Source: Octopus sinensis (Eukaryota). Taken from it: a stretch of 64,000 bases of DNA. Below are positions 23,487 through 35,257 of this stretch, one piece after another (position 1 is the stretch's first letter; every line of letters starts with the position of its first letter). Position numbers and translations under genes: made by a program. Below the pieces are notes generated by a model. It saw nothing but the letters and a program-made list of their open reading frames with translations. It made no database searches and was not told the DNA's origin. The DNA lies in assembly GCF_006345805.1 (NCBI RefSeq), contig NC_042999.1, forward strand, positions 45,446,001 through 45,510,000, written 5' to 3'.

Positions 23487-23665
23487 TAGGCACATGACCT
23501 GAAATTTTGGGGAAGGGGACTAGTCGTTTACATTGACCCCAGTGTTTTGCTGGTACTTAATTTATTGACTCTGAAAGGATGAAAAGCAAAGTTGACCTCG
23601 GTGGAATTTGAACTCAGAATGTAAAGACAGATGAAATACGATTAAGCATTTTGCCCAGTGTTGTG
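23487..23665 (-). mobile_element. SINE family B
   Basis: ggtacttaatttattgactctgaaaggatgaaaagcaaagttgacctcggtggaatttgaactcag. Confidence 0.85.
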
Positions 23666-23887
23666 ACAGAAGTGATACTAATACTAAAAGGTAATCTTGA
23701 TTTCCTACTTAATGTGAAGATTGTGTTAGAACACAGACTACCGAGTTATTTACCTTGAGAGGATCTTTCATATGGATTTGTGGTTCATAAAAACATTCAT
23801 AATTATAGTGTTGACAAACAAGAATCATTTGCTATGGCTGCTGAAACTTTCTGATCCCATGATTTCACCCTGCTATGGGTTCCTCAG

Positions 23888-23911
23888 TGACAGACAAATA
23901 TTTACAAAAAG
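23888..23911 (+). other. Candidate 24-nt microexon (TDKYLQK in phase 1)
   Basis: ttcctcag|...AAG|gttagt; length a multiple of 3. Confidence 0.25.
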
Positions 23912-24298
23912 GTTAGTGTAATAGTGACTTCAAAGTTTCAGCCTGCTAGATTTTGTCAGTCTAATAAAGGCTAGCAGGTTGTAATAATGAAGTCAAACCA
24001 AATAGGGAAACTTTAATTTCATAATAAATGATTTCAAAATATCACCATTTGGTTTGTGCTCATTTATACAACTAATAAAACCTCTCTTCGAACTAGAGGC
24101 AGAAAACCATCATGGTCAGTTAATACCTTCAGTTGGAAGAAAGGTGATATGCTCTCAGCCATTAGAATCTGATGCGTCGTCCATAGAGCTAATTGCTTAA
24201 TGGATATGAAACCATTGGTCGCTCTATGGCCAGACATATATTTAACTTCATGTAAATACATTACTGCTCTAGCTTTTAGAGTGTGTTTGTTTTTTCAG

Positions 24299-24328
24299 AT
24301 GTTGGATCCACTCACGATATATATATGG
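24299..24328 (+). other. Candidate 30-nt microexon
   Basis: gtttgttttttcag|ATGTTGG...ATGG|gtgagt; strong sites on both sides, open in all three frames. Confidence 0.4.
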
Positions 24329-24789
24329 GTGAGTGGACAAAGAAAAGAAAAGAGCACTTGACACATTTAGTAGGAGATACATGCATTGCTTCAAACAGCT
24401 TGGTTCAGTTCCATGCTACTTCAAGTTTCACAGGCCCCTAACAGGAGCCCAACACCTTCAGGCTTCTGGGAACTTAGGTGGCCATGAAACTTGGAGCAGC
24501 ATGGAACCAAATCAAAACTGTTTTGAACAATATACCAATACACTTACACACACACACACACATACATATATATATACAGATATATATATATACATATATA
24601 AATATGTACATATATATATATATAAATATACAGACATATATATATATATATATGTATATATACACACATATATATATGTATATATATACATGTACATATG
24701 TATATTTATATACATATATATGTACATGTATACATATATATATATGTACATATATATATATTTATATATACATATATATGCATATATAC

Positions 24790-24839
<50 letters not shown>

Positions 24840-24841
<2 letters not shown>

Positions 24842-24960
24842 TCATCATCATCATCACCAGTGTTTAACATGGGTTGAATGATTTGACAGGAGCTGGCTCG
24901 GCAGAAGACTGCACAGGACATCTGTATCTGCTTTGGCATTGTTTTTACACCAACCACCCG
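24840..24960 (-). mobile_element. Short degenerate RTE-type 3' end
   Basis: (cat)n then gtttaacatgggttgaatgatttgacagg. Confidence 0.5.
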
Positions 24961-25068
24961 ACAGACAGGCAGACAGACAGACAGGCAGACAGGCAGACAG
25001 ACAGACCGACAGACAGACACACAGACACACAGACAAACAGACAGAGAGACAGACAGATAGATAGATAA

Positions 25069-25159
<91 letters not shown>

Positions 25160-25160
25160 T
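24960..25160. repeat. Compound (GACA)n-(GATA)n microsatellite
   Basis: Directly visible; related GATA/TATC tracts at 49930-50060 and 51500-51760. Confidence 0.95.
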
Positions 25161-25569
25161 ATGGCTGTAATGATAAAGTTGAACCAAATAGTGAAATTTT
25201 AAGTTTATGATAAATAATTTCAAAACATTACCATCTGGCTTGACTTCATTATTGCAACTTATACAATTTGATGCCAATACAAACTAACTAGTTTTGACTC
25301 TACTTATGCAGATACTCTAACAAAGATTTGGAGTAGTTATATTTAACTTGAGTTGAAAAATCTTGTACTGTGCAACACTTCATAGCATAGTATGAAATCA
25401 TATATGACTCTAACTTATACAATTATCCATTCACACACTACAGAAGCCCCAACGCAAATCTGGTAGTACATATAATACTACTGCTGGATAGCACCAGATG
25501 AAAGCTGAAGGTGGGCGAGCTTATAGTGTATTCTACTATGTTCTATTAAATACATAGTAGAATAGATTT

Positions 25570-25811
25570 TCTTTTATTCTTTTACTTGTTTCAGTCATTT
25601 GACAGTGGCCATGCTGGAGCACCACCTTTAGTCGAATAAAGTGACCCCTGGACTTATTCTTTGTAAGCCTAGTCCTTATTCTGTTGGTCTCTTTTACAGA
25701 ACTGCTAAGTTATGGAGGATGTAAATACACCGGCAACGATTGTCAGGCAATGGTGGGGGTACAAACACAGACACACAAATACTTACATACATACGTACAT
25801 ACATACATACA

Positions 25812-25847
<36 letters not shown>

Positions 25848-26010
25848 TGATGGGCTTCTTTCAGTTTCCATCTATTAAATTCATTCATGTGTCTTTGGTT
25901 GACTCAAGGCTATAGTAGAAGACATTTGCCCAAGGTACCATGCAATGGGACTGAACCCAGAGCCTGTGGTTGGCAAGCGAGCTTCTTACCACAGAGCTAC
26001 TTCTTCGCCT
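25570..26010 (-). mobile_element. SINE family A
   Basis: Tail, (CATA)n and head all recognisable. Confidence 0.88.
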
Positions 26011-26159
26011 TTACACACACACACACACACATATATATCTAAAAGTGTATAGAATATTTCTATACACAAAGAGAAGGCTTTTGACAAGACACATATTTTA
26101 AAAAATATGTTTGTTATGTCTTAAGACTTTTATTTATGCATGCTAACCACTGGTAATAA

Positions 26160-26390
26160 AGTATTTTAATTTATTACCCTCATATTTACGATCAGACGCC
26201 ATGGTTGACCGCTAGCCACTAAAGCTTTTTATTCTCTCTCTGTTTATTTTCTTGTGTTACTTTCTAGTGAAGAACGTAGGCTTGAGATGTAAAAGACTTT
26301 CTCACCTTCCCGCACGTTAAACTAATACACCTGTTTATTGTTTATACACCCGTGTTCATCTTTTGTTTTTTTTGTAAATTTCAACTTTAA
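26160..26390 (+). mobile_element. Penelope-like terminal repeat fragment with a decayed hammerhead-like motif
   Basis: Homologous to 62270-62425; motif ctttctagtgaagaacgtaggcttgagatgtaaaaga. Confidence 0.5.
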
Positions 26391-26405
26391 ATATATGTAT
26401 ACATA

Positions 26406-26454
<49 letters not shown>

Positions 26455-26465
26455 ATATATATGTG

Positions 26466-26500
<35 letters not shown>

Positions 26501-26584
26501 CATATATATATATGTATATGTATACATTATATATGTATATACATATATATGTATATATAAATAAATATATTTATATATATGTAT

Positions 26585-26640
<56 letters not shown>

Positions 26641-26658
26641 GTATGTATATGTATATGT

Positions 26659-26701
<43 letters not shown>

Positions 26702-27084
26702 TATATATATTATATATATTATATATATATATTATATGTATATATATATATATGTATATATTAAAATAAGACAAGGTAAAATGCTAAATGATTTTATCAT
26801 GAAGAACATTTCAGTACCAGTTTCAGTCTTTGCAACTTTTTCAACTTAGAGTAAAGCATGAAAAACAATTAAATTGTGGAAAAATTAAATGAAATTTAAA
26901 AAAAAAATATTTCCATAGTTTTCAAATACATGGGACATTTTTCCTTATTTTCTATCTCTCTCTCTCTTTTACTTTTGTGAAGGTAAGTTGGTAAGTAGTA
27001 GCAGATCTGAAGAAATATTTAATATGAGGGATGTGGGTTCTTGGTTTTGATTGTTTAAGCAGCAGTAGCCAAGGAAGGGGACAG

Positions 27085-27410
27085 AGAAGAAGAAGAAGAA
27101 GAAGAAGAAGAAGAAGAAGAAGAAGAAGAAGAAGAAGAAGAAGAAGGAGGAGGAGGAGGAGGAGGAGGAGAAGACGAAGAGGGGAAAAGAAGGAGGAGAA
27201 GATGAAGAGGGAAAAAGAAAGAGAAGACGAAAAAGAAGAAGAGAGAGCAGGAAAAGAAGAAGAAGAAGAGGAAGAAGAGGGAGCAGGAAAACAAGAAGAA
27301 GAAGAAGAAGAAGAAGAAGAAGAAGAAGAAGAAAAAGAAGAAGAAGAAGGAGAAGAAGGAACAGGAAAAGAAGAAGAAGAGGGAGCAGGAAAAGAAGAGA
27401 GTGAATAAGA
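27085..27410. repeat. (GAA)n/(GGA)n polypurine tract
   Basis: Directly visible. Confidence 0.95.
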
Positions 27411-27449
27411 AAAAGACAGGAGTGGGATGACAGTAATAGGCTGTTTGTA

Positions 27450-27800
27450 GAGTCTTCTTAAATGGTCAAGTGTCCTAAAAGTGACCTGTTGTATTAGTGA
27501 TTGGAATTCTCAACAAATTCATGGTTAGTGACTGTTCTGAACATATTGCTTTTAATATTTGTGTCGGTATTATTTTAAGGCACTTGTAGTAGTGTCTTTT
27601 GTGTTGGAAGCATTCAAAAGGGGCTTATATTTTGCGATAAAATATGACTCTTTGCTAATGCACTGATTATAGGGTGTATCGTCCTGAATGTATAGAGGAG
27701 AAAATTTCTGAAGCTAGGTTGTTTGTTAGTGACGCAAATGTCAAAGTGTTCGCTGAATGCTATTTTTCTGTATTCCTGAATTTTAATTTGGGATCTATGT
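27450..27800 (-). mobile_element. Possible Penelope-like ORF remnant
   Basis: TIHPIISALAKSHILSQ region loosely resembles the PLE RT to GIY-YIG linker; heavily decayed. Confidence 0.2.
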
Positions 27801-27819
27801 AGGATCATCCTATATATAT

Positions 27820-28075
27820 AGGAAGGGTAAAAGGTAAAGATCCCCTTCAGTCATGAATGTCCATGGAATTGCACCTAGAAAGTTACACACTGAGTCACAA
27901 GTCCAGGCAAGGTTGTTTATGGAAGATTAGTAGTCAACCATGCATTCCAGCCTCCCCCCTCCATGTCACAGATTTTGTCCATACAGCTTGGTATCAGTGA
28001 CATTGCAATTCATTTCTACAGCTGAATGCACTGGACCAACGTGAAGTAAAGTATTATGCACATGAACTCAACACC
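27820..28075 (-). mobile_element. SINE with AAAGGT-type tail
   Basis: ggtaaaaggtaaagatcccc...cagctgaatgcactggaccaacgtgaagtaaag, the rc of the core. Confidence 0.6.
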
Positions 28076-28654
28076 TGGAAACTTATTATAAATCTACTTA
28101 TGATATAATGACGTACCTTTGCACTGGCCAAAAGGTAATTTATATATACATGTATACACACACACACACACACACACATATATAATAACAAAGACAGCTA
28201 CATGCAATATAAAACCAAAAAGCAAAAATTTAATTATCATTGTAACTGAGGGTGCTGGGTGGCACCTATATTGCTAGAAATAAGAGTTAAAAACCTTTCA
28301 CTCCACAAGAAACCACATTTCCCTTGTCAGTTTATGGAAATGTGCTCTACCTCTTGATTGTGAGCCCAATTCTCTAATGACTGGGCCATGCACTTTCACA
28401 TATGGTAAAAGTTTTTATTTTTTTCATTTCGTTCCTTTCAAGATTTTATCCCTAATTTTGTGGTTTTGGAACCTAGCTGTTCTTTCTAGCGTGATGAATC
28501 CCATGAGTGGATTCTTTATGTGTTTAAATGTACACTGTATTTTATGACACATACATATATATATATATATATTCTTTTATTCATTTATTCTTTTATATGT
28601 TTCAGCCATAAGACTGTGGCCATGCTGGAGCACCATCAGTGAAATGTCACTTGA

Positions 28655-29142
28655 GGCTAATGGCTATGTGGTAAGAAGTTTAGTTTTCAACCACAAGATT
28701 TTGGTTTCAGTTCTGCTGCGTGGTACTTTGGCAAAGTGTCAGACTGACCAAGCTTTGTGAGTGGATTTGGAAGTTGTAAACTGAAGGAAGATTGTTGTGT
28801 GTGTATGTGTGTGCATGTGTATAAATCTTTGTGTTTGTCCCCCATTACTGCTTGACAATCGGTGTTGCTTTGTTTATGTCTCTGTAATTTAGCAGTTCAG
28901 CAAAAGAGACTGATAAGTTAAAAAGAAATAACAGTCCTGGGGTTCAGTTCTGTATTTATGACATGAGAAATTATGTACCTTATTCACATTATTTACATTA
29001 TTTACATTCGACGGATATTTGTCCTCGTCCTGTTTGTTGTTAACAGAACATTTCGGCTGATATACCCTCCAGCCTTCTTCAGGTGTCTTGGGGAAATTTC
29101 GAACCTGGGTTCTCATTCCTAAGGTATTTTTCGATGTTATTG

Positions 29143-29197
<55 letters not shown>

Positions 29198-29315
29198 GTT
29201 CAGGTCACTGCTTGGAATCAAACTCAGAATCTTGGGGTTAGTAGCTTGCGCTCTTAACCACTACGTCATATGTCCATGGGCCTATGTCCTGGGTTGATTT
29301 GTTCAACTAAAGCTC
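28655..29315 (+). mobile_element. Degenerate SINE family A interrupted by another SINE
   Basis: Head to ...gtcctggggtt at 28944; resumes gtcctgggttgatttgttcaactaaag at 29286. Confidence 0.7.
28945..29285 (-). mobile_element. tRNA-headed SINE with a hammerhead-like 3' domain
   Basis: A box TGACGTAGTGG, B box GAGTTTGATTCC, (AAT)n linker, HHR-like motif at 29043-29087, (AATGTAAAT)n tail, TSD gtcctggg(g)tt. Confidence 0.75.
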
Positions 29316-29373
29316 TAGCAAAACTGCTGTTCTATGAAGGAAACAATTAAATCATAAACGATAAAAGATATGT

Positions 29374-29405
<32 letters not shown>

Positions 29406-29412
29406 TTGTGTT

Positions 29413-29443
<31 letters not shown>

Positions 29444-29677
29444 GTATATATATACAGTGACTGAGGGTGCTAGGTAGCACCTATATTGCTAGCGACAAGA
29501 GTTAAAAACCCTTAGAGCACATTTCCATAAACTGACAAGGGAAATGTGGTTTCTTGTGGAGTGAAGGGTCTTTAACTCTTATTTCTAGCAATATAGGTGC
29601 CACCCAGCACCCTCAGTTACAATGATAATGAAATTTTTGCTTTTTGGTTTTATATTGCATGTAGCTGTCTTTGTTAT

Positions 29678-29708
<31 letters not shown>

Positions 29709-30147
29709 ACATGAATATATAAATTACCTTTTGGCCAGTGCAAAGGTATGTCATTATATCATAAGTAGATTTATAATAAGTTTCCAGGTATCACAGGTGT
29801 CTTTATTTTCAGGTGTTTATGTACATTCTCTATTATGACTTCTATCATTTCTGCTATTGAAATATTAATGAACTAACTTTCTACATCTAAGGTGAAGAAG
29901 GCATCTATTGTATTGGTCTCTTCTAAAATCTGTGAAAATTCCTCAGATGATCATATATTACATTTCTTTGCTGTGTGTTCTTTAATAATGTTTTCCAATT
30001 TTACATTAAATCTATTTCCACCCATGATTCTGAACATATTAATTCTGTCATTTATTCTGAACATATTAATACTGTCAACATTCATGTTGTTGTTATTTTT
30101 TAAGTCTGAGAGTACTTTTTTAAAGTTAAAAAATTTTTTTTTTATTG

Positions 30148-30290
30148 CTTCCCAACCTCATGGTTGCAGGTTCAGTCCTAATGCATGGCACCTTGGGTAA
30201 GTGTCTTGTACTATAGCCTTGGACCGACCAAAGACTTGTGAGTGGATTAGGTAGATGGAAACTTAAAGAAGCCCATCATACATACATACA
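30148..30290 (+). mobile_element. SINE family A 5' half
   Basis: catggttgcaggttcagtcc...gatggaaacttaaagaagccc. Confidence 0.8.
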
Positions 30291-30350
30291 TACATACATA
30301 CACCTACATACATATATATATATTATATATATAAATATATAAATATATAT

Positions 30351-30409
<59 letters not shown>

Positions 30410-30512
30410 TAATCAATATAGGGTGGCAAAAAAAATTTTTGTAGATTCCTTTTGCCACCAGCGGCTAGTGGGAAAAAAAATTAAATAGTCATAGACCATT
30501 TTTAAGTTCAAC

Positions 30513-30909
30513 ATCAACAATCAAGGAACGGCCATAATAGGCCATTCACCCACTAGAATAACAGCCAAAGCTTCAACCGCAAATAAAGATTAATTCCGTA
30601 AACAGGAGAAAATTAAAAAACATTTACCCTGTAATTTCTTGTACGATGCACCGTTTCATCTGCTGTTTAATGGCAAACTAACCTGATTAAATTAAATCAA
30701 GCCAATCTTCCATAGGCCCTCAGATTCTTCAGCAAGAAATAGCCAAGTCGGAACAGATATTTTCACGAGGCATTTCAAACCCTGCCAAGGTAATATCTGA
30801 CCTAAAATTTTCAAATCTCCTGTTTACGGAATTAATCTTTATTTGCGGTTGAAGCTTTGGCTGTTATTTCTAGTGGGTGAATGGCCTATTATGGCCGTTC
30901 CTTGATTGT

Positions 30910-30913
<4 letters not shown>
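30513..30913. mobile_element. MITE-like element with about 97-bp near-perfect TIRs
   Basis: atcaacaatcaaggaacggcc...ccgtaaacaggaga at 30513-30609 equals the rc of 30816-30913 except for one indel. Confidence 0.85.
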
Positions 30914-30958
<45 letters not shown>

Positions 30959-31004
30959 CACACACATATAAACGCATATATATGTATATGCATATACACA
31001 AACA

Positions 31005-31592
31005 TAAGAAGAACCAGATGTAGTGTGCAAGAGAGACAACTGCACTGGTATGGTCATGTATTGCATATGGATGAGGACAGCTATGTGAAGTGTCATACCC
31101 TAACAGTGGAGGGAACCTGTGGAAGAAATAGAACAAGGAAGACATGGCTCTCACAGAGGCAATGACAAGCGATCAAGACCTTTGGAGATATGCTGTGCTT
31201 GAGAAGACCTGTTGAGTTTAGTAAACTCATAGTCATGGCTAATGCCAGTGCCACCTGACTGGCACCTGTGTCAGTGGTACATAGAAAGCACCATTCAAGT
31301 GTGGTCGATGCCACTGCTGTCTGACCGGCTTCTGTGCCAGTGGGACATAAAAAGCACCATTCGAGCATGGTCAATATGCCAGTGCTGCTTCACTGGCTCC
31401 CACGCCAGTGGTACGTAAAAAGCAGCCACTACATTCTTGGGATGGGTGATGTTAGTAAGGGCATCCAGCTGTAGAAACCTTGCCAGATCAGATTGGAGTC
31501 TGGTGCAGCCTCTTGGCTTGCCAGTCCTCAGTCAAACCCTCCAGCCCATGCCAACATGGAAAGTGGACATTAAACGATGATGATGATGATGA
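31005..31592 (+). mobile_element. 5'-truncated RTE LINE with ORF C-terminus and 3' UTR
   Basis: ERQLHWYGHVLHMDEDSYVK...GRNRTRKTW, subrepeats and (GAT)n tail. Confidence 0.85.
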
Positions 31593-31598
31593 TGTGTA

Positions 31599-31653
<55 letters not shown>

Positions 31654-31929
31654 CAGATATATACATACATATATATATATTATATATATATACATACATA
31701 TATACACATACATAAGTTGTTTGGATTTAAGTCGTTCTCAATTATACATCGGTTTTCAAAAATAATATATAGAAAAATCAAAATCAAGTAAAGCCATTTT
31801 ACTCGACTTTATGTTTGTCTGCCACAAATATTGGAATTATGAATTCACTAGAAAACTGTTAAAATTACATAAAATGATATTACTGTACAATAAATAAGAA
31901 TAAAAGCATATAACATTATATTAAAATAT

Positions 31930-32648
31930 GTACAGTAAATGTTAAGATACACACCATAAGGTAGTGTAGCTAAGTGAACAAAATCATGAAATCAGCTGTG
32001 TTATCATAGTTATCAGTCTTTCAGAGCTCATATTGCACTGTAGTTCAAATATCTACCATTAGGTGTCATTGCCACTCGATTCGCACGATTGTTATGAATT
32101 CAGATTTATTTATGTCTGTTTATCAGCTACTTTCTCATTCTCATTCTTCTGCGATTTTACGTTTGCCCCCATGTCTCCTAAGAAAATTCATAGTGTAAGT
32201 GCTAAGCGTCATGCTATAATGCTGGAAGATAAACTGGCTATAATAAAACGCCATGCAAAAGGTGAAAAAGTGGTAGCAATTACATTATTTCTGGGGATGA
32301 GTTGGACAACAGCATCGACGATTGTAGATAATAAAGACAAGATTTTAGCACATTCATAAATAAAGCATCCATGATGTACAATAAATACTGCAAAACTGTA
32401 TTCATAAATTTGGATTTAAAAATATTAAAAAATAGAAATTATTTGTTTGTAAGCTTAAAATAGGTTTTTATTAACCATGTATTATTTAAAATGTATGCAT
32501 AAATTAAGTACAGGACTGGAAATAGTTATTATCGGTTTAGCCTAGTGACAAGTAAATTTGGCCTAGCCTAGCCTAGCCTAGACAGAAGTTAATTCGACTT
32601 AATTTGTGACTCCTGGAACCAATTAACGACGTAGAGTGAAATATGCTG
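31930..32648 (+). mobile_element. Internally deleted Tigger/pogo element
   Basis: KRHAIMLEDKLAIIKRHAKGEKVVAI...STIVDNKDKI (CENP-B-type HTH); 3' end cgacgtagagtgaaatatgctg. Confidence 0.7.
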
Positions 32649-32719
32649 CATGTATATATATATATATCTATACATGTATATATATATATATAACATATAT
32701 ATATTATATAATATATATA

Positions 32720-32771
<52 letters not shown>

Positions 32772-32934
32772 GTATATATACATTTATATATATATGTACA
32801 TAAATATATATATATCTATATATATATAATATATATATATATATTATATATACAGATATATACATTATATATATATATATATACATATATAAATGTATAT
32901 ATACAGGTGTATATATATATATATTTATATATAT

Positions 32935-33000
<66 letters not shown>

Positions 33001-33002
33001 AT

Positions 33003-33279
33003 ACTCTTACTCTTTACTCTTTTACTTGTTTCAGTCATTTGACTGCGGCCATGCTGGAGTACCGCCTTTAGTCGAGCAAATCGACCCCGGGACTTATTCT
33101 TTATAAGCCCAGTACTTATTCTATCGGTCTCTTTTGCCGAACCGCTAAGTGACGGGGACGTAAACACACCAGCATCGGTTGTCAAGCAATGCTAGGGGGG
33201 CAAACACAGACACACAAACATATACACACACACTTATATATATATACATATATGCATATATACGACAGGCTTCTTTCAG
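33003..33279 (-). mobile_element. SINE family A 3' half, fused to an RTE fragment
   Basis: Young copy ending abruptly at ggcttctttcagt. Confidence 0.9.
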
Positions 33280-33801
33280 TATATACCAGGAGGGTTATCC
33301 CTCTAGAATTACCACATACTACTTTTGAGCCCTTACCTTTGTATACAGAGATTAGAATTCCATTTATCCATTCTTGTGGCAGAGAAGATTCATTCTGAAC
33401 TCGAGTTATCAGGTTATGAATTTCAGATGAAATATGAACCGCACCTGCTTTCAGAATTTCAACTGGAATACCATCCAATCCAGGAGCTTTACTTGATCTC
33501 AGTTGACAGAATGCCAGGTTTACTTCTTCAATGGAAGGTGTATCATTTATGTGTTGCACTATGTCTCTTTGCAGAACGTTGTTTATGATATCCATGTTCA
33601 CTACAGATGGATTGTGGAAAAGATCTGCAAAGTGTTCTCTCCATCTATTCATTATTCCAGGAGGATCTTTAATAACCTCATTTCCATCTTTTGACTTGAA
33701 CATATGATGATGAAGACTGCAGTCCAAGAGCTTGCTGCAGTAGACTATAGAAACTTGTCATAGGCTGCCTGTACTTCCTCAGACAAATTTCTCCACTAAG
33801 T
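33277..33801 (-). mobile_element. RTE-BovB-like ORF fragment duplicated from about 37007-37507
   Basis: NRWREHFADLFHNPS...KAPGLDGIPVEILK; about 98% identical to the 37-kb segment. Confidence 0.9.
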
Positions 33802-33823
33802 GTATATATATATATATGTACAT

Positions 33824-34210
33824 AGGGTGTCAAGAACACCATCTGAGCGTGATCGTTGTGATTGTTGCCAGAGCAGCCAACTGGCTTCCCGGTGGCATGT
33901 AAACGGGCACCATTCGAGTGTGATCGTTACCAACGTCGCTTCACTGGCACCTGTGTTGGTGGAATGTGTAAAAAGATTCGAGCGAGGTCATTGCCAGTAC
34001 CGCCTGACTGGGCCCCGTGCAGGTGGCATGTAAAAAGCACCCACTACACTCTCAGAGTGGTTGGCATTAGGAAGGGCATCCAGCTGTAGAAACTCTGCCA
34101 GATCAAGACTGGAGCCTGGTGCAGCCATCTGGTTGCCAGCCCTCAGTCAAAACTGTCCAACCCATGCTAGCATGGAAAACGGACATTAAATGATGACGAT
34201 GATGATGATA
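33824..34210 (+). mobile_element. 5'-truncated RTE LINE 3' UTR
   Basis: Subrepeats plus the conserved tail ending ggacattaaatgatgacgatgat. Confidence 0.85.
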
Positions 34211-34479
34211 CATATATATATATGTATGTATATATAGATATATATATACATATATATATATATGTTTGTATATATACATATATATATATACATATATAAA
34301 TATATATATACACACATACATATATATATACACACACACACACATATATGTATATTCACACACACACACACATACACATATATAAGGGAAAGAATCAGAA
34401 AATGCAGGAGTCTTTTAAAAGTATTTATTAACTTAACCAGTTTTACTTATTTAATAAGACTTTCAAAAGTAAAGTGTGA

Positions 34480-34890
34480 AGTTTTGTATATCCTCTGTGG
34501 CGTCAAAACTTTATTTACAAAAATGTATTAAAATCAAGCAGTAGAGTCTTTGACAATGATAAGAAAAGGTTTGAGGCTTTGTGTATCCTCTGTGACGAGT
34601 CAAACAATAGTTTGCATAAAAAACATTCATATCAGGTAATAAAATTTTTTTTTATAATGATAAGAAGAAAAAATTAGTTTGCATGAATATTTCTTGATGA
34701 AGTAATAGAGTTTTTGACAAGAAGATAAAATATGAGTATCGTCTGTGAAGAGTTAAAACATGGTTTACATAAAAACATTCCGATCAGATAATAAAATTTT
34801 TGTATTATTCTGAGAAGATGAAAATTAGTTTACATGAATATATCCAGATCAAGTTATAGAGTTTTTGACAAGAAGATAAAATATGTAACA
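34480..34890. repeat. Degenerate tandem repeat of about 150-165 bp, about 2.5 copies
   Basis: tagagt(c/t)tttgacaa recurs at 34542, 34706 and 34857. Confidence 0.7.
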
Positions 34891-34929
34891 GACTATTTAA
34901 AGGTCTTGGATCTGGCTTATGTGTGTGTG

Positions 34930-34965
<36 letters not shown>

Positions 34966-35257
34966 CTGTTTTACTTGTTTCAGTCATTCGACTGCGGCCA
35001 TGCTGGAGCAGCGCCTTTAGTCGAAGAAATTGACCCCAGGACTTATTCTTTGTAAGCCTAGTACTTATTCTATATATACATATATATGTGTGTTTATATG
35101 TATGTTTATGTATAAATATATATATATATATACACACAGAAACATATGTATACATATATATACATATATATATTTACATATGTATATACATATATGTATA
35201 TATACATATATATACATATACACATCGATACACATGCACACACACACACACATATAT

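Larger units (their letters stand above)
28073..29789. repeat. Inverted duplication: 277-bp arms at 28073-28349 and 29513-29789
   Basis: Manual alignment gives about 5 substitutions plus a microsatellite length shift. Confidence 0.92.

Noticed and set aside
27031-27408. Arg/Glu-rich 125-aa ORF
   Set aside because: Product of a (GAA)/(GGA) tract.
28073-29789. Inverted arms as TIRs of a foldback transposon
   Set aside because: No TSD, and the arms contain a microsatellite and run on from a SINE end; duplication is more parsimonious, though not excluded.
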